Positions 26,153 through 36,488 of a stretch of DNA of 59,659 nt are shown piece by piece. Position 1 is the first letter of the stretch. Each line of letters begins with the position of its first letter. Origin of the DNA: a virus (Duplodnaviria > Caudoviricetes); the IMG/VR virus record IMGVR_UViG_3300027889_000037, positions 1-59,659 of that record; one strand, written 5' to 3'. The notes under the pieces were generated by a model. The model saw only the letters and a program-made list of their open reading frames with translations. It was not told the origin of the DNA and made no database searches. The position numbers and the translations under genes were made by a program.

Positions 26153-29107
26153 ATGGTTGATCTTGCCAGTGTAGGACCCGAAGGCGTCACCGCGGACCTG
26201 GAGAAAGCGCCTCCAGCCGTGACCGATGCCGATTCCTATGAGAAGATCGCTGCCGGCACCGACTACCTCGATCCCAAGGGCAACAAGCGGACCAAGCCGT
26301 ATCGGGTGAAGGACGCGGACGAATATGCCGCGCTCCCCGAAGGCGTGCCGTACATCGACCCCGAGGGCAACTCGCGCACGTCGCCGAAGTACGAAGACCT
26401 CGATTTCACCACTCAAACGCTCTATAACATGAGCGTGAACGACGCCGAGCGCAAGAAAGCGCTGGAGCGCGGCTACCCCGGCAAGGTCAAGACCAACAAG
26501 CAAACCGGCGAGATGTACGTCGATGAGGACGGCACCTTGCGCCGTTCGCGCGGTTACAACAAGTCGCCGATGTCGTTTATCACCTCGCAGGCGGCGCCCG
26601 TCGCTGGTTCAATCACAGGCGAGATTGGCGGCGGGATTGCAGGCGGCATAGGCGGGTCGGTCGTGCCCGGAGCAGGTACGGCAGCAGGCGCAACAGTTGG
26701 TGCGATTGCCGGCGGTGCTGCCGGCGGTGCTGCCGGGCAAGGCTTCAACGACGCGATCCTGGAACTGGCCGGCGTGTACGATAGAACCAAGACCGAGGAA
26801 GCGGGCGAGCTGGGCATGGCTGGCCTGTTTGGCGGGGTCGGCACGGCTGCCGGGCGCGGCTTGGCGGCGGCAGCGCCTGCCATTAAGGGCGCGGTCAAGA
26901 ATGCACTGCCGAAGGTAGTGGGCGATTTCTTAGGCGAGACGCCGGAAAATATCTCACAAGCCAGTGCCCTGCGGGACAAGGGCGTCATGGTGCCGCCATC
27001 GGCCCACATGAAAGAGGCGCCGCATGTCATCAACGTGTCCGAGCGCTTCGATCCTGCGTTTCGCACCCAGGACCCGTTGCTGCAATCGGCGACCGAGCAT
27101 TACGAGAAGTCGGGTAAGGATATCCTCAACACGCTTTCCGGCGATGCTGGGCCTCCCAACGTCAAGTCGCTGACCGATCCGAAGGCGGCAGTGTCCACCG
27201 AGCGAGCGGGCGAGGCTGTGCTGGGTCGCACGCGCGACGAGTTGCGCAAGGCGGATGAAGCATTGCGCCAGGCGCTCGAAGCTAAGCGCGCAAACCTGGC
27301 TGGCTCGATGCAGGAGCGCGTCGCAGCGCAGGAGTCGCAAACCCGGCAGCTCGAAACGGCGGCGGCCGAGGCGCGCAAGGCGGCGCAAGGGGTGATCGAT
27401 GCCGGGTTCCAGGAGATCGACAAGTCCAGCCAAGCCGCGATGGATGCCGTTAAGGCCGGACATAATGGCGGAACCCTTTGGCAGCAGGTTGCCGAGAAAA
27501 TACAGAAGGTGCGCGCCGGTATCATGGGCCGCGCCAACAAGATGTATTCCGAAGCGGACTCGCTGGCCGGCGGGTTGAAGCCGGACATTAGCGGCCTGCC
27601 AGAACGCGCGCAGGCATTTCTCGATCAGTTGCCGGAGGGCTTTGAGGGCAAGTATCCGACCATCATCAAGCAGCTCCGCGACATGGCGGGCGAAGTGGAC
27701 GAGGAAGGCAAGGTTGTTCGCGAACCGGCACAACCGACGTGGGCGCAGTTGCATAATCTGCGTTCGGTGATGCGGCAGAACTATAACCGCCTCGACCTGA
27801 CGCCCGACGTGAAGCAAGGCACGTTCAAGTTTTTTGCTAATCGCGTCGATGAAATCCTTAATGATGCAAACGCCGTGCCCGAGTTGAAGGCAGCGGCCAA
27901 GCAGCTCCGCGAAGCCGACAACTTTTATCGCGAGAACATGGGTGCGTTCAACGACAAGCGCATCCAGGCGGTGATGGATGGCCTAGACGCCGGTCTGCCC
28001 GCTGATCCGAAAGTGCTGTTCGACACCATCGTCAAGGAAGGCCGCTCGGATCTGACGAGGAAAGTGTCCGAGATGGTCGGTCCCAACCTGTGGGCCGGGG
28101 TCAAGGCGGCCGACGTGCGCGAGATGCTGGAACAATCCAAGTCGGTCACGGGCGAGATCGACGGCAAGCGGTTCGTGTCACAAGTGCTGGAGCGCTACCG
28201 CAGCGGGATGCTGGAAGCGGTTCACGGCAAAGAAGTCACGCAGAAATTGCTTCAGCAGGCGCAGAACATCGAGGCGTTGGCTGGGCGCCTGAACATTCCG
28301 GTTCGTCCCGGCGACACGATTCGTGATGTGATCGAGACCGCGCGTGCCGCAGGCGAGGCTGCCAAGGCCGCCGCCAAGCAGGACCCGCTGGGCACTTTGA
28401 CCCGTGAGATGAAGGGTATCGAACGGCAACTTGCAGCGACCAAGCAGACCGCGCGCAAGAATTTGAAGACCAACAATGCGCTCGACTTCCTCTACGATGA
28501 GTCGGTTGGCGCGTCCGAGGCTGTGGACAAGATTCTCGGCAGCGAGGATTTGATTATTGCCGCTGCCTCTAAGTTTGGGCCGAGTTCGCCTGAATTCAAC
28601 CTATTGCGCCAGACGTGGGCGCAAAAGCTGCTCACTGGTACGCTGACGCCGAGTAGCAAGTTGGCGAAGGTTTCCGAGGAAGTGCAACGTATCATGTTTC
28701 CCGGCGTCAGCCTCGATCAGATGAAGACGCTGGCGAAAGAGATGGACTTTCTCATGGGCACACGCGGCAGCATGGGTCAGAGCATGGCCGGCGGCCTCGC
28801 GGCGATGTCCAAGGTCGAGCATCCGTGGTCCAGTATCATCGGAAAAGGTGGCGAATATCTGCCCAAGATACCGTTTGCCGATGCTGGTGGCCGTTACGTG
28901 TTGGGCAAGTATTTCAAGTTTGTCACCAACATCGCGAACAACCCCGCATTCTTGCGTTGGATCGAGAAGGGGCTTAAGGGTGACGATCGGGCACGCGAGA
29001 TGGTCAAGGAATTGGTGCAGCGGCGCATGAAGATCGGCGGCGCGATGGGCGCGGGCGTCGGCGAATCGCAATTCCAGACGCCAAACCAAAACACGATGCT
29101 GCAATGA
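26153..29107 (+). CDS. Large internal virion/ejection protein
   Basis: 984 aa; glycine-zipper segment and coiled coils; third of ejection trio. Confidence 0.75.
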   Translation: MVDLASVGPEGVTADLEKAPPAVTDADSYEKIAAGTDYLDPKGNKRTKPYRVKDADEYAALPEGVPYIDPEGNSRTSPKYEDLDFTTQTLYNMSVNDAERKKALERGYPGKVKTNKQTGEMYVDEDGTLRRSRGYNKSPMSFITSQAAPVAGSITGEIGGGIAGGIGGSVVPGAGTAAGATVGAIAGGAAGGAAGQGFNDAILELAGVYDRTKTEEAGELGMAGLFGGVGTAAGRGLAAAAPAIKGAVKNALPKVVGDFLGETPENISQASALRDKGVMVPPSAHMKEAPHVINVSERFDPAFRTQDPLLQSATEHYEKSGKDILNTLSGDAGPPNVKSLTDPKAAVSTERAGEAVLGRTRDELRKADEALRQALEAKRANLAGSMQERVAAQESQTRQLETAAAEARKAAQGVIDAGFQEIDKSSQAAMDAVKAGHNGGTLWQQVAEKIQKVRAGIMGRANKMYSEADSLAGGLKPDISGLPERAQAFLDQLPEGFEGKYPTIIKQLRDMAGEVDEEGKVVREPAQPTWAQLHNLRSVMRQNYNRLDLTPDVKQGTFKFFANRVDEILNDANAVPELKAAAKQLREADNFYRENMGAFNDKRIQAVMDGLDAGLPADPKVLFDTIVKEGRSDLTRKVSEMVGPNLWAGVKAADVREMLEQSKSVTGEIDGKRFVSQVLERYRSGMLEAVHGKEVTQKLLQQAQNIEALAGRLNIPVRPGDTIRDVIETARAAGEAAKAAAKQDPLGTLTREMKGIERQLAATKQTARKNLKTNNALDFLYDESVGASEAVDKILGSEDLIIAAASKFGPSSPEFNLLRQTWAQKLLTGTLTPSSKLAKVSEEVQRIMFPGVSLDQMKTLAKEMDFLMGTRGSMGQSMAGGLAAMSKVEHPWSSIIGKGGEYLPKIPFADAGGRYVLGKYFKFVTNIANNPAFLRWIEKGLKGDDRAREMVKELVQRRMKIGGAMGAGVGESQFQTPNQNTMLQ

Positions 29108-29355
29108 CCACCCTCGCCGATATCGAGAAACTGGTGCAAACTACCGCTCAGAAGGCGCTAGAAGACGCTACTCCGCTGCAAGAGCGGATAGACGCCTTAC
29201 GCGCGATCGGTCCCTACTATACCGCGCTGAAGAAAGCCGCCGGCCAGGAGTCTCCCGATTCGGGGGGCGACCCGACCATGGACGATATGCGTTCGCAAAT
29301 CGAGGAGTCAGGGAATGGCAGAGCCGTTCAAACTCGAAGTCGTTCCCGAAACTGA
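29104..29355 (+). CDS. Hypothetical protein
   Basis: ATGA coupling. Confidence 0.65.
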   Translation: MTTLADIEKLVQTTAQKALEDATPLQERIDALRAIGPYYTALKKAAGQESPDSGGDPTMDDMRSQIEESGNGRAVQTRSRSRN

Positions 29356-29587
29356 TTCTGAGCAGTCGGATAAGTCCGATGCCGGCATGGCGATGCTGAT
29401 GATGGGGCTGAAGGCTCTGTCGCAGCGAGCGTTGATCGCCTTGTCAGCGTGTTTTACGCTGATCACGGTCGGTTCCTGCTTTTGGTTGTACATGAGCCGA
29501 TCGACGCTCGATCCGCAGGAATTGATCCTGTGCGGCATGTACGCACTGTTCGTTCTCGCAGCGAATGCGATCGTGAGGCGGGCATGA
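29315..29587 (+). CDS. Two-TM membrane protein
   Basis: GAGGAG RBS; two hydrophobic helices. Confidence 0.65.
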   Translation: MAEPFKLEVVPETDSEQSDKSDAGMAMLMMGLKALSQRALIALSACFTLITVGSCFWLYMSRSTLDPQELILCGMYALFVLAANAIVRRA

Positions 29588-30048
29588 TCAGGATTCTGGT
29601 TTTTCTTGCTGCGCTGTTTACTTCTACCGCTGCTTGGGCACAGCAGCCAGTTCAGATGCAGTGCCTCGATCCCAATGGTGGGGCCGGATCGCAATGGGTG
29701 CCGTGTCAACCGAGCAATGCCGCAGCGCTCGGCAATCTCATCTCAGGCACTGGTATGACGACCAGCTCAGGCGCAACAACGATCATCGCCGCGCAAGGCG
29801 CCGGGATAAAAATGCGGATTACCGGCGTGCAGTGCGGGCGGGACGATGCCGGCACGACGGCCATCCATGTGACGCTCAGCGATACAGTATCGACGGTTCT
29901 GGTGATTCCCAACAACGGCGGCGGTGGCGGCAATAATGCCGTATTTTCAAACCCGCTTGTCGTGGCCGCCAACGCAGCATTCACCTACACACCGTCGAGC
30001 GGTATCACCAATACCTACTGCAACGCTCAAGGCTATCAGAGCAAATGA
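29584..30048 (+). CDS. Signal-peptide-bearing beta-rich protein
   Basis: MIRILVFLAALFTSTAAWA-Q signal peptide. Confidence 0.65.
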   Translation: MIRILVFLAALFTSTAAWAQQPVQMQCLDPNGGAGSQWVPCQPSNAAALGNLISGTGMTTSSGATTIIAAQGAGIKMRITGVQCGRDDAGTTAIHVTLSDTVSTVLVIPNNGGGGGNNAVFSNPLVVAANAAFTYTPSSGITNTYCNAQGYQSK

Positions 30049-30995
30049 ACCGGTTGCTGCTCGTCGCCACGCTCCTGCTTGGCATCGTCGGCGCGCATGC
30101 GCAGAGCGACTTGCTGCTGATGGGTGTTGGGACGGCACCTAAGAGCGGAACACCTGCCGGTTTTCAAGGCCCCGGCGACATAACTTCTGGCGCCATCGCG
30201 TTCTACAGTGCGGGTCGTGCGTACAACGCAGCCTACGCCGCCGCGCAAAGCCCGCTCACCGACATAGTGGACACCGCGACGGGATTGGCGACGTGCACGA
30301 TCAAAGTCGGTACGAACGGCTTTGCCAATGTGAGTGCCGTCGTTTGTCCTACCGGCGCACCTGTTGTCAGCGTGACAACGTTCTGCACGGTGACGCACAT
30401 TGGATGTAGCATCGCCAAGCTCTACGACCAGACCGGCAACGGCAATCACGTCGTACAGGCGACGCTCGCCAATATGCCGGGGCTAACGCTTAGCGCACAG
30501 AATGGATTGCCGTGTGCGGTCGGAACCGGGGCTGGATATCTGGTCAGTGCAGGAAATATCACACAGGCTGTTCCCTATACAGTAACGGCTGTTGGAGAAC
30601 GAACTAACAACGTCACTACCGCACAGAGGATAATTACAAACGGCGCGAATATCGGACGCCACACTTGGACCCCCGCGGCCAATACAGTTGCCTATGATGC
30701 CACGACTGCGGTTTCGTTGACCGCAGCAGATGGCGCGTTTCATGCCATGCTTGGGATAACCAGTGCGTCGGCGCCATTGTTTGCTGTCGATAGTAGCGCA
30801 AATACCAGTACGTCAACCAATGGTACGACCGCTTTAAGCAGCACAGAGGAAGTCATGGCGACTGGCGTTGCCGGCAGTCCTATACTACCCGGAAACTTCT
30901 TTTGCGAAGCCGGCATCTGGCCCGCCGATCTCAACGCATCCTATCAAGCGATACTCGCCAATATGCGCAGCGCCGTCTATGGGTGGAATTTCTGA
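30045..30995 (+). CDS. Concanavalin/LamG-like (arabinofuranosidase-B catalytic-like) beta-sandwich protein
   Basis: AFYSAGRAYNAAY and KLYDQTGNGNH motifs; signal-like N-terminus. Confidence 0.65.
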   Translation: MNRLLLVATLLLGIVGAHAQSDLLLMGVGTAPKSGTPAGFQGPGDITSGAIAFYSAGRAYNAAYAAAQSPLTDIVDTATGLATCTIKVGTNGFANVSAVVCPTGAPVVSVTTFCTVTHIGCSIAKLYDQTGNGNHVVQATLANMPGLTLSAQNGLPCAVGTGAGYLVSAGNITQAVPYTVTAVGERTNNVTTAQRIITNGANIGRHTWTPAANTVAYDATTAVSLTAADGAFHAMLGITSASAPLFAVDSSANTSTSTNGTTALSSTEEVMATGVAGSPILPGNFFCEAGIWPADLNASYQAILANMRSAVYGWNF

Positions 30996-31492
30996 TGCCA
31001 AGCGGCAACCCGGTCCTTCAGTCCGGCAACAATATCACCCCCCAGCACCTCGCGAGCTGGACCACGGATGGCGTGATCCAGGATTCGGGCGTCAGCTTCA
31101 ATAATACGCAAGCCTTTTTCCGCTCCGACATTCTCAACGTCAACTTCAACCTGACCAGTTCCGACAACCAGATTCTGATCAATTTGCCGGTTGGGTTTAC
31201 GCGGTGGCGGCCTTCGGTAATATTTATCTCGGGCGCATCAGGGACATTGACGACGGCGACGTGTAGCGTTTACACGCAACCGGCGGCCGGGGGGTTTGCC
31301 ATCGTGTCAAGTGGAACGGCTATTACTGTGACCAATGGATCGATCGACACCAACAATAACATGCAGGCGTTAAGCTTAAACGACGCCAATACGATGGCGC
31401 TGAGCGATACCGCGATCTATTTTCGAGTTCAGAACCCGCAAGGCGCGCCGGCAACGGCCAACATCACGGTTTTTTATGAACCGCTTCCTTAG
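30995..31492 (+). CDS. Tail-associated protein
   Basis: N-terminus VLQSGNNITPQHLASWTTDGVIQDSG paralogous to next gene. Confidence 0.65.
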   Translation: MPSGNPVLQSGNNITPQHLASWTTDGVIQDSGVSFNNTQAFFRSDILNVNFNLTSSDNQILINLPVGFTRWRPSVIFISGASGTLTTATCSVYTQPAAGGFAIVSSGTAITVTNGSIDTNNNMQALSLNDANTMALSDTAIYFRVQNPQGAPATANITVFYEPLP

Positions 31493-33752
31493 CATTATTG
31501 TTGCGCTATTCTGCTCGCCCGCGCTGGCGCAAAATGGTGCGCCGGTCAAGCAGGGAGGTAACGTCACTCCTACGCATGTCGGCGCGTGGACAACGAACGG
31601 CGTTCTTCAGGACGGCGGAACCGCGGCAATTCCCTTTCTCACCTCGATCGGCACCGTCTACAACGGCCCCTCGATCTGCGCCTGGAGTGCCTTGTCTACG
31701 TCAGGAGCGGCGCAGGAGCTGTGCCTGGGCGCGACCAATGCCGGCGGCGCCACGATCACCGTGCAGAACTTCGGCTCGGCTACGGCACTGCCTCTCTCGC
31801 TCAGCCTCAATGGTACGATATACCAGTTTCCCTTTTCCACGAGCGGCGTGATTGGGCCGGTCACCACGATCATCAACGACGGCGCCTGCTGGGGCAATAC
31901 AACCGGCACGCTCCTGAAAGAGTGCGCGCCGCTGGTTTTACTGAATGGCACATCAAATGGCGTTTGGTGGAAAAACGTCAGTGGGACGCCAGACGCGTCG
32001 ATTGCTGAATCGTCGGGTAACAGCCTCCTTATAAAAACTCCAAGTGCGACAAATACCGGTGTCATTACCGATTCGCTCGGTAACCCTATGCTGACTATGT
32101 ACGGGGAGCAACCCAGCAATGGTGCATGGTCGTTCAACCTCACCAGCGGTCATTGCGGTATCGGCGATGAAGATCTGACTGTTACTGGGACGCCTACAGC
32201 GACCGAACAGCCAGGGTTTACCTACACGATTGGCTCAACAACTGCGACTGTGACATACACGGTCCAGCCGGGCGATACCAATAATAGCATCGCAACCGGT
32301 CTAGCGGCGGCGGCACAAGCAAACACGATTTTCAAATCACTCGTCAACGGCACTTGCCCGGACGGAAACACCTACAATGGTGCGATCACAGCCGTATTTC
32401 TTGGTAACGCGCAGATGGGGTTTGACCCTATCTGGTCCGCCAATCCAACCGCAGGCGGAAATAGTTTTAGCGGTATCAACTCGACGCACACGACAATCAC
32501 GACTTTCCCGATCAATGAATTGACCGGTGCGCTTTATCGTTCGGATAATTCGTTCGTCGCAGGACGCAATGCCGCAGTAAATGATAACCCGTTTCAGTAC
32601 CAACTTCTTTACCAAGACAGTACCGGCGCTTCCGCCGTCTATTGGTCCGAAACGGTTCTTGCCCATAGCGTGACTCCGGGGGCGACCACACCAGATGTGA
32701 ACTGGAGTTTTGGCGGTGTCTGCGCGTATGATTGGCTGGTAAATACCGGACAAGCGTTTTTCGAAGCCAGCGCTGGCTGCGATCTAAATCTCGTCGCCAA
32801 CGATTCTACAACTAACAACGTTAATGTTGCGACCGGCAGCGCTGGAGCGATTAATCTTCGTGCCGGGAGCGGGGGGGTAATCGCTGGCAATGGTACTATC
32901 GTCGGCCAATATTGTGTGACCAACGCAACGTCAGGCTCGATTTGCCTCAAACCGCCAACCGGCGCACTCGGCACCCAGACCCTCACACTGCCCGACGCAA
33001 CGGACACGCTGACCGGCAAGGCGACGACCGACACGCTGACCAACAAGACCATCGTTTCCTCGACCGACACGCTGGGCGGCGTGACCATGGGGCTTGGATC
33101 GGACGCGACCGGCGACATCTACTACCGCAATTCGGGTGGTCAGCTTGCCCGGTTGCCGATCGGTTCGACCAACCAACAGCTCGCCGTGGCTGGCGGGCTC
33201 CCGGCATGGACAGCAAGCACTAATTCGATGGCCTATCTCTGCACCATCACCGCCAGCAATTCCACGTCCCTTAACAACGCCTCGCCCACATCCGGCTCGT
33301 GTCCGCTTAATGGCACCTATACATCTTATGAGCTTCGTTTTCATAATATCGTTCCGGCGAGCAATGAAAAAATCCTGGAAATTCAAGTTCACTCCAGCGG
33401 TTCCTACCAGGCTACGGGCTATATCACTTCGCAAAATTTTTGCGCGAACAGTACCTGTGCGGGTGGCAACCCGACGACGTACATTCCGCTTTCCTACCCG
33501 TCCGATGCCAACGCCGCGGCTCTACAAAATGCCGCACCTGGATTTACCGGTACCGTCACGATTACAACTCCGTCAATCAGCGGACTGATAAGCGTAGTTA
33601 CCTACGGTGGCTATCTTGATGGTGGTGGGCTTGCCGGTACTAGCACGGGGTTCGGCTATTGGAATACCCCCGGTGTCGTTGATGGCTTCCAAGTCCTGAT
33701 GGACTCTGGTAATATCGCCTCTGGTTCGATCTTCGTGTATGGGATTCAGTGA
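31476..33752 (+). CDS. Tail fibre / receptor-binding protein
   Basis: TLTLPDATDTL..TDTLTNKT, GDIYYRNSGGQLARLPIGS fibre motifs. Confidence 0.75.
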   Translation: MNRFLSIIVALFCSPALAQNGAPVKQGGNVTPTHVGAWTTNGVLQDGGTAAIPFLTSIGTVYNGPSICAWSALSTSGAAQELCLGATNAGGATITVQNFGSATALPLSLSLNGTIYQFPFSTSGVIGPVTTIINDGACWGNTTGTLLKECAPLVLLNGTSNGVWWKNVSGTPDASIAESSGNSLLIKTPSATNTGVITDSLGNPMLTMYGEQPSNGAWSFNLTSGHCGIGDEDLTVTGTPTATEQPGFTYTIGSTTATVTYTVQPGDTNNSIATGLAAAAQANTIFKSLVNGTCPDGNTYNGAITAVFLGNAQMGFDPIWSANPTAGGNSFSGINSTHTTITTFPINELTGALYRSDNSFVAGRNAAVNDNPFQYQLLYQDSTGASAVYWSETVLAHSVTPGATTPDVNWSFGGVCAYDWLVNTGQAFFEASAGCDLNLVANDSTTNNVNVATGSAGAINLRAGSGGVIAGNGTIVGQYCVTNATSGSICLKPPTGALGTQTLTLPDATDTLTGKATTDTLTNKTIVSSTDTLGGVTMGLGSDATGDIYYRNSGGQLARLPIGSTNQQLAVAGGLPAWTASTNSMAYLCTITASNSTSLNNASPTSGSCPLNGTYTSYELRFHNIVPASNEKILEIQVHSSGSYQATGYITSQNFCANSTCAGGNPTTYIPLSYPSDANAAALQNAAPGFTGTVTITTPSISGLISVVTYGGYLDGGGLAGTSTGFGYWNTPGVVDGFQVLMDSGNIASGSIFVYGIQ

Positions 33753-33753
33753 C

Positions 33754-34323
33754 ATGACCGACCGCTTCTCGATCTGCCTACCGTTTACGATGCAGCAGGA
33801 ATGCAACGTCCATACGGGGACGGCTGCGGACTGGTCTAACCCGCGCAACTTCGATGACGATCCGCACGATCCGGGCGGCGAAACTCAATGCGGCATCACG
33901 GGCAATGAGTACGACGTGTGGCTGCGACAGCAGGGATTGCCGGCGGTCGATGTGCGTAAGATAACTCAGGTCCAAGGTGAGGCCATTTACGATGGCTCGT
34001 ATTGGCAACCTAATTGCCCGAAGTGCCCGGCCGGTGTCGATATGTGCGTGTTCGATGAGAACGTAAACGCCGGCCCGCGGACATCCACCATTTTGCTGCA
34101 ACGGGCACTGGGCATTACCGCGGATGGCGCGTGGGGGTCGAATACCGATAAAGCGGTTGCGGCAATTGCCAACCCGGCAGCGATCGTCAACGCCTTCACA
34201 GCCGAGCGCGAAGCTTACTATCGTTCGCTTTCGACATTCAAATACTTTGGCACCGATTGGATACGGCGGTCGCAAAAAATCGGTGCGGAATCCCTCAAGA
34301 TGGCAACAGGAGCAACGTCATGA
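33754..34323 (+). CDS. Endolysin, glycosyl hydrolase family 108
   Basis: DDPHDPGGETQCGIT, IY...YW, FDENVNAG, LQRALGITADG, FGTDWIRR. Confidence 0.9.
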   Translation: MTDRFSICLPFTMQQECNVHTGTAADWSNPRNFDDDPHDPGGETQCGITGNEYDVWLRQQGLPAVDVRKITQVQGEAIYDGSYWQPNCPKCPAGVDMCVFDENVNAGPRTSTILLQRALGITADGAWGSNTDKAVAAIANPAAIVNAFTAEREAYYRSLSTFKYFGTDWIRRSQKIGAESLKMATGATS

Positions 34324-34655
34324 GTTTCAGTCCCAGAACGCGGTTCATCATCCAGCTCGTGGTGTTCGTATGCGTTGGCATCACCCAGGGCACTGTCCAC
34401 CTCACCAATATGGTTCCTGAAGGCTGGATCCCGGCAGCTCTTGCCTACGCAGGTTTCATCGCTTTCCTCGGCACCGGCTTTACCACGCTGTTGAGCGGGT
34501 ACGGCATGACCACGCAAAACCGCATTGACGCGGCGGCGTCGCTTCCCGAGGTCAAGGCCATGCTGACCACAGAAGATGTGGCCAAGGCGGCGCCCAGCGA
34601 TAAGGTGGTTTCCACTGTGCAAGCCGCTCAGGCGGTCTCACAAAAGGCCGCATAA
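34320..34655 (+). CDS. Putative holin
   Basis: Two TM helices directly after lysin; AGGAG RBS. Confidence 0.55.
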   Translation: MSFSPRTRFIIQLVVFVCVGITQGTVHLTNMVPEGWIPAALAYAGFIAFLGTGFTTLLSGYGMTTQNRIDAAASLPEVKAMLTTEDVAKAAPSDKVVSTVQAAQAVSQKAA

Positions 34656-34825
34656 TGGACCTCTCAGCCATCTTCCAATTCCTGCCCTACGCCTCCCGGC
34701 TAGCGGCAGCAGCACAAACCATCGAACGCCTGGAAAAAGATCCCGGTGTTCAGGACATCATCAAACTGGTTGAAGAACTTGGACCGCTGTTGGCGAAGGC
34801 AGCGGCGCCTGCGCAACATGGCTAA
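34655..34825 (+). CDS. Hypothetical 56-aa protein (not in ORF track)
   Basis: TAATG coupling; MDLSAIFQFLPYASRL... Confidence 0.55.
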   Translation: MDLSAIFQFLPYASRLAAAAQTIERLEKDPGVQDIIKLVEELGPLLAKAAAPAQHG

Positions 34826-34991
34826 CGAACTTTTAACTTTGGCGATGTTTCTGATCCCGGCCTTGGTGCTTTTCGCCATGGGGCGCGGGCCAGACGGCGG
34901 CGGTTGAATTTGGTTGCTGAGTGTGGCGGACTTACCACACCAAGTTGTGGCATCTTGCGAGGGCAAATGCACCACATTCAGGAGAGTTGAC

Positions 34992-35672
34992 ATGCGTGGC
35001 TTGCTTTTCGTTCTTGCCCTAGCGGCGCTCACTGGTTCGGCATTCGCAGCCGACCTCCCCCTTAAGGCCCCTCCCCTCGCGCCCCAGCCGGTGCTCTGCA
35101 CAACGAACCAGTGCTCCGTTCTGTTTGGCGGTATCACCCTGCTCGGGCAGGGCTCGAACGTCGATATCATCGGGCAGGGCATCAGCAATTCGGTGTTCTC
35201 GAACGGTGGCATGGTCGCTGGAACGATCGGCGGCCAATACTGGAATAGCGGCGTGTTCCTCGGCGTCGAAAACCTGGCGGGTTGGTCTTTTGGGGCGCCT
35301 TCCAGCGTCAACGGCGTTGGCGTCGCACAGACCGGCGGCCTCGATATCTTCTGGTTCGAGGCGGGCGGAAGCCTGGGCGACCTGTTCGGCAGTGGCGCGC
35401 AGCCCGTCACCATCAATAGCGCGCTGGCATCAGACCTGATTTCGCTCTACTTCGGCACCGGCCCGGCCCAGCCATTCGGTAATTCATCGCTCGGCACCAA
35501 GAGCTTCTGGACCAGTGGCGCGGGCGCTCGCTATCTGCTTCCCAACACCACGCGGCCGATCCTGCTCGACATCAAATACATCTACGGTAACAACCAGAAC
35601 AACGTTGGCCTGACGACCAACAAGAACGTGCAGTTCGTCGGCGCCACGCTGTCTGTGCCGTTCAAGTACTGA
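34992..35672 (+). CDS. Outer-membrane beta-barrel protein (alphaproteobacterial Omp25/RopB-like)
   Basis: Signal peptide ending SAFA-ADLPLKAPP; amphipathic strands; aromatic C-terminus FKY. Confidence 0.75.
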   Translation: MRGLLFVLALAALTGSAFAADLPLKAPPLAPQPVLCTTNQCSVLFGGITLLGQGSNVDIIGQGISNSVFSNGGMVAGTIGGQYWNSGVFLGVENLAGWSFGAPSSVNGVGVAQTGGLDIFWFEAGGSLGDLFGSGAQPVTINSALASDLISLYFGTGPAQPFGNSSLGTKSFWTSGAGARYLLPNTTRPILLDIKYIYGNNQNNVGLTTNKNVQFVGATLSVPFKY

Positions 35673-35675
35673 GCC

Positions 35676-35762
35676 ATGCAGATTGCGTTTGACATCGTTG
35701 TAGGGCTCATTCTTGCAGGTTTCGTGTTGCGGTTTCTAGCCGCCTGTCTTAGCCGGCAGTGA
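35676..35762 (+). CDS. 28-aa hydrophobic peptide
   Basis: MQIAFDIVVGLILAGFVLRFLAACLSRQ followed by a hairpin. Confidence 0.4.
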   Translation: MQIAFDIVVGLILAGFVLRFLAACLSRQ

Positions 35763-35771
35763 TCCTTTCGG

Positions 35772-35800
35772 ATGGGGGCCTGACCAGCCCCCATACTTTC
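35772..35800 (+). terminator. Hairpin/terminator
   Basis: ATGGGGGC-N7-GCCCCCAT then ACTTT. Confidence 0.5.
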
Positions 35801-35865
35801 GTACCGGTACTAAAGGATGACAATGCGTGTTGCAGAAACTCTCAACGCAAGGATGGAGGCTACGC

Positions 35866-36204
35866 ATGACGTTGCAGGAATTTGTCGCAACTAAAGAGCG
35901 GGCAACGGCATGGGTTTTTCGTCTTGCAATTACAATCATTGGCGCCACGACATCGGCAGCCATCTGGTTGGCGTGGGGCGTTCTGTCGGACGTAAAGGCC
36001 AAGTCGGAAACCGGCATCCAGTTGCAGTGGACGGCGATCGGCAAGATCAATGATGCCCAGCAGAGCGCATCGCGTGACTTGGGCGTTCTCACCACCAAAC
36101 TGGACGATCATATCAGGACCGAATCCGACATTGACATGCAGCTAAAAGATATAACCAAAGACCACGAGCAACGCATTCGCGGGCTTGAAAGACCGCATGG
36201 CTGA
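35866..36204 (+). CDS. TM + coiled-coil protein
   Basis: GGAGG RBS; single TM; DHEQRIRGLE C-terminus. Confidence 0.65.
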   Translation: MTLQEFVATKERATAWVFRLAITIIGATTSAAIWLAWGVLSDVKAKSETGIQLQWTAIGKINDAQQSASRDLGVLTTKLDDHIRTESDIDMQLKDITKDHEQRIRGLERPHG

Positions 36205-36488
36205 TGGACTATCAGCTCGTCATTGCAATTGGAGCATTGGCGATCTCTGTATTGGTCGCATTAACCAGGGCATTGGATAAGTCTCTTTCCATTCGAGAGC
36301 ATGAAGAATTCAGCAAAAACACCAAAGAACAAATTGAGAGACTGCGGCAGGATGCCATCAGAGATACACAAGGACTTAAGACGGATTTTAATCGCGATGT
36401 TGACCGCATTGAGAAGCGGCTCGATTACATCGAACAGACGCGACCAACAACGGGAGAACTTGAGGCCAGACTTGACAAGAAGCCATGA
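36204..36488 (+). CDS. N-terminal TM + coiled-coil protein
   Basis: TGATG coupling. Confidence 0.65.
   Translation: MDYQLVIAIGALAISVLVALTRALDKSLSIREHEEFSKNTKEQIERLRQDAIRDTQGLKTDFNRDVDRIEKRLDYIEQTRPTTGELEARLDKKP

Noticed and set aside
26690-26740. GCCGGCGGTGCT tandem repeat
   Set aside because: Encodes the Gly/Ala zipper of the ejection protein; not a separate element
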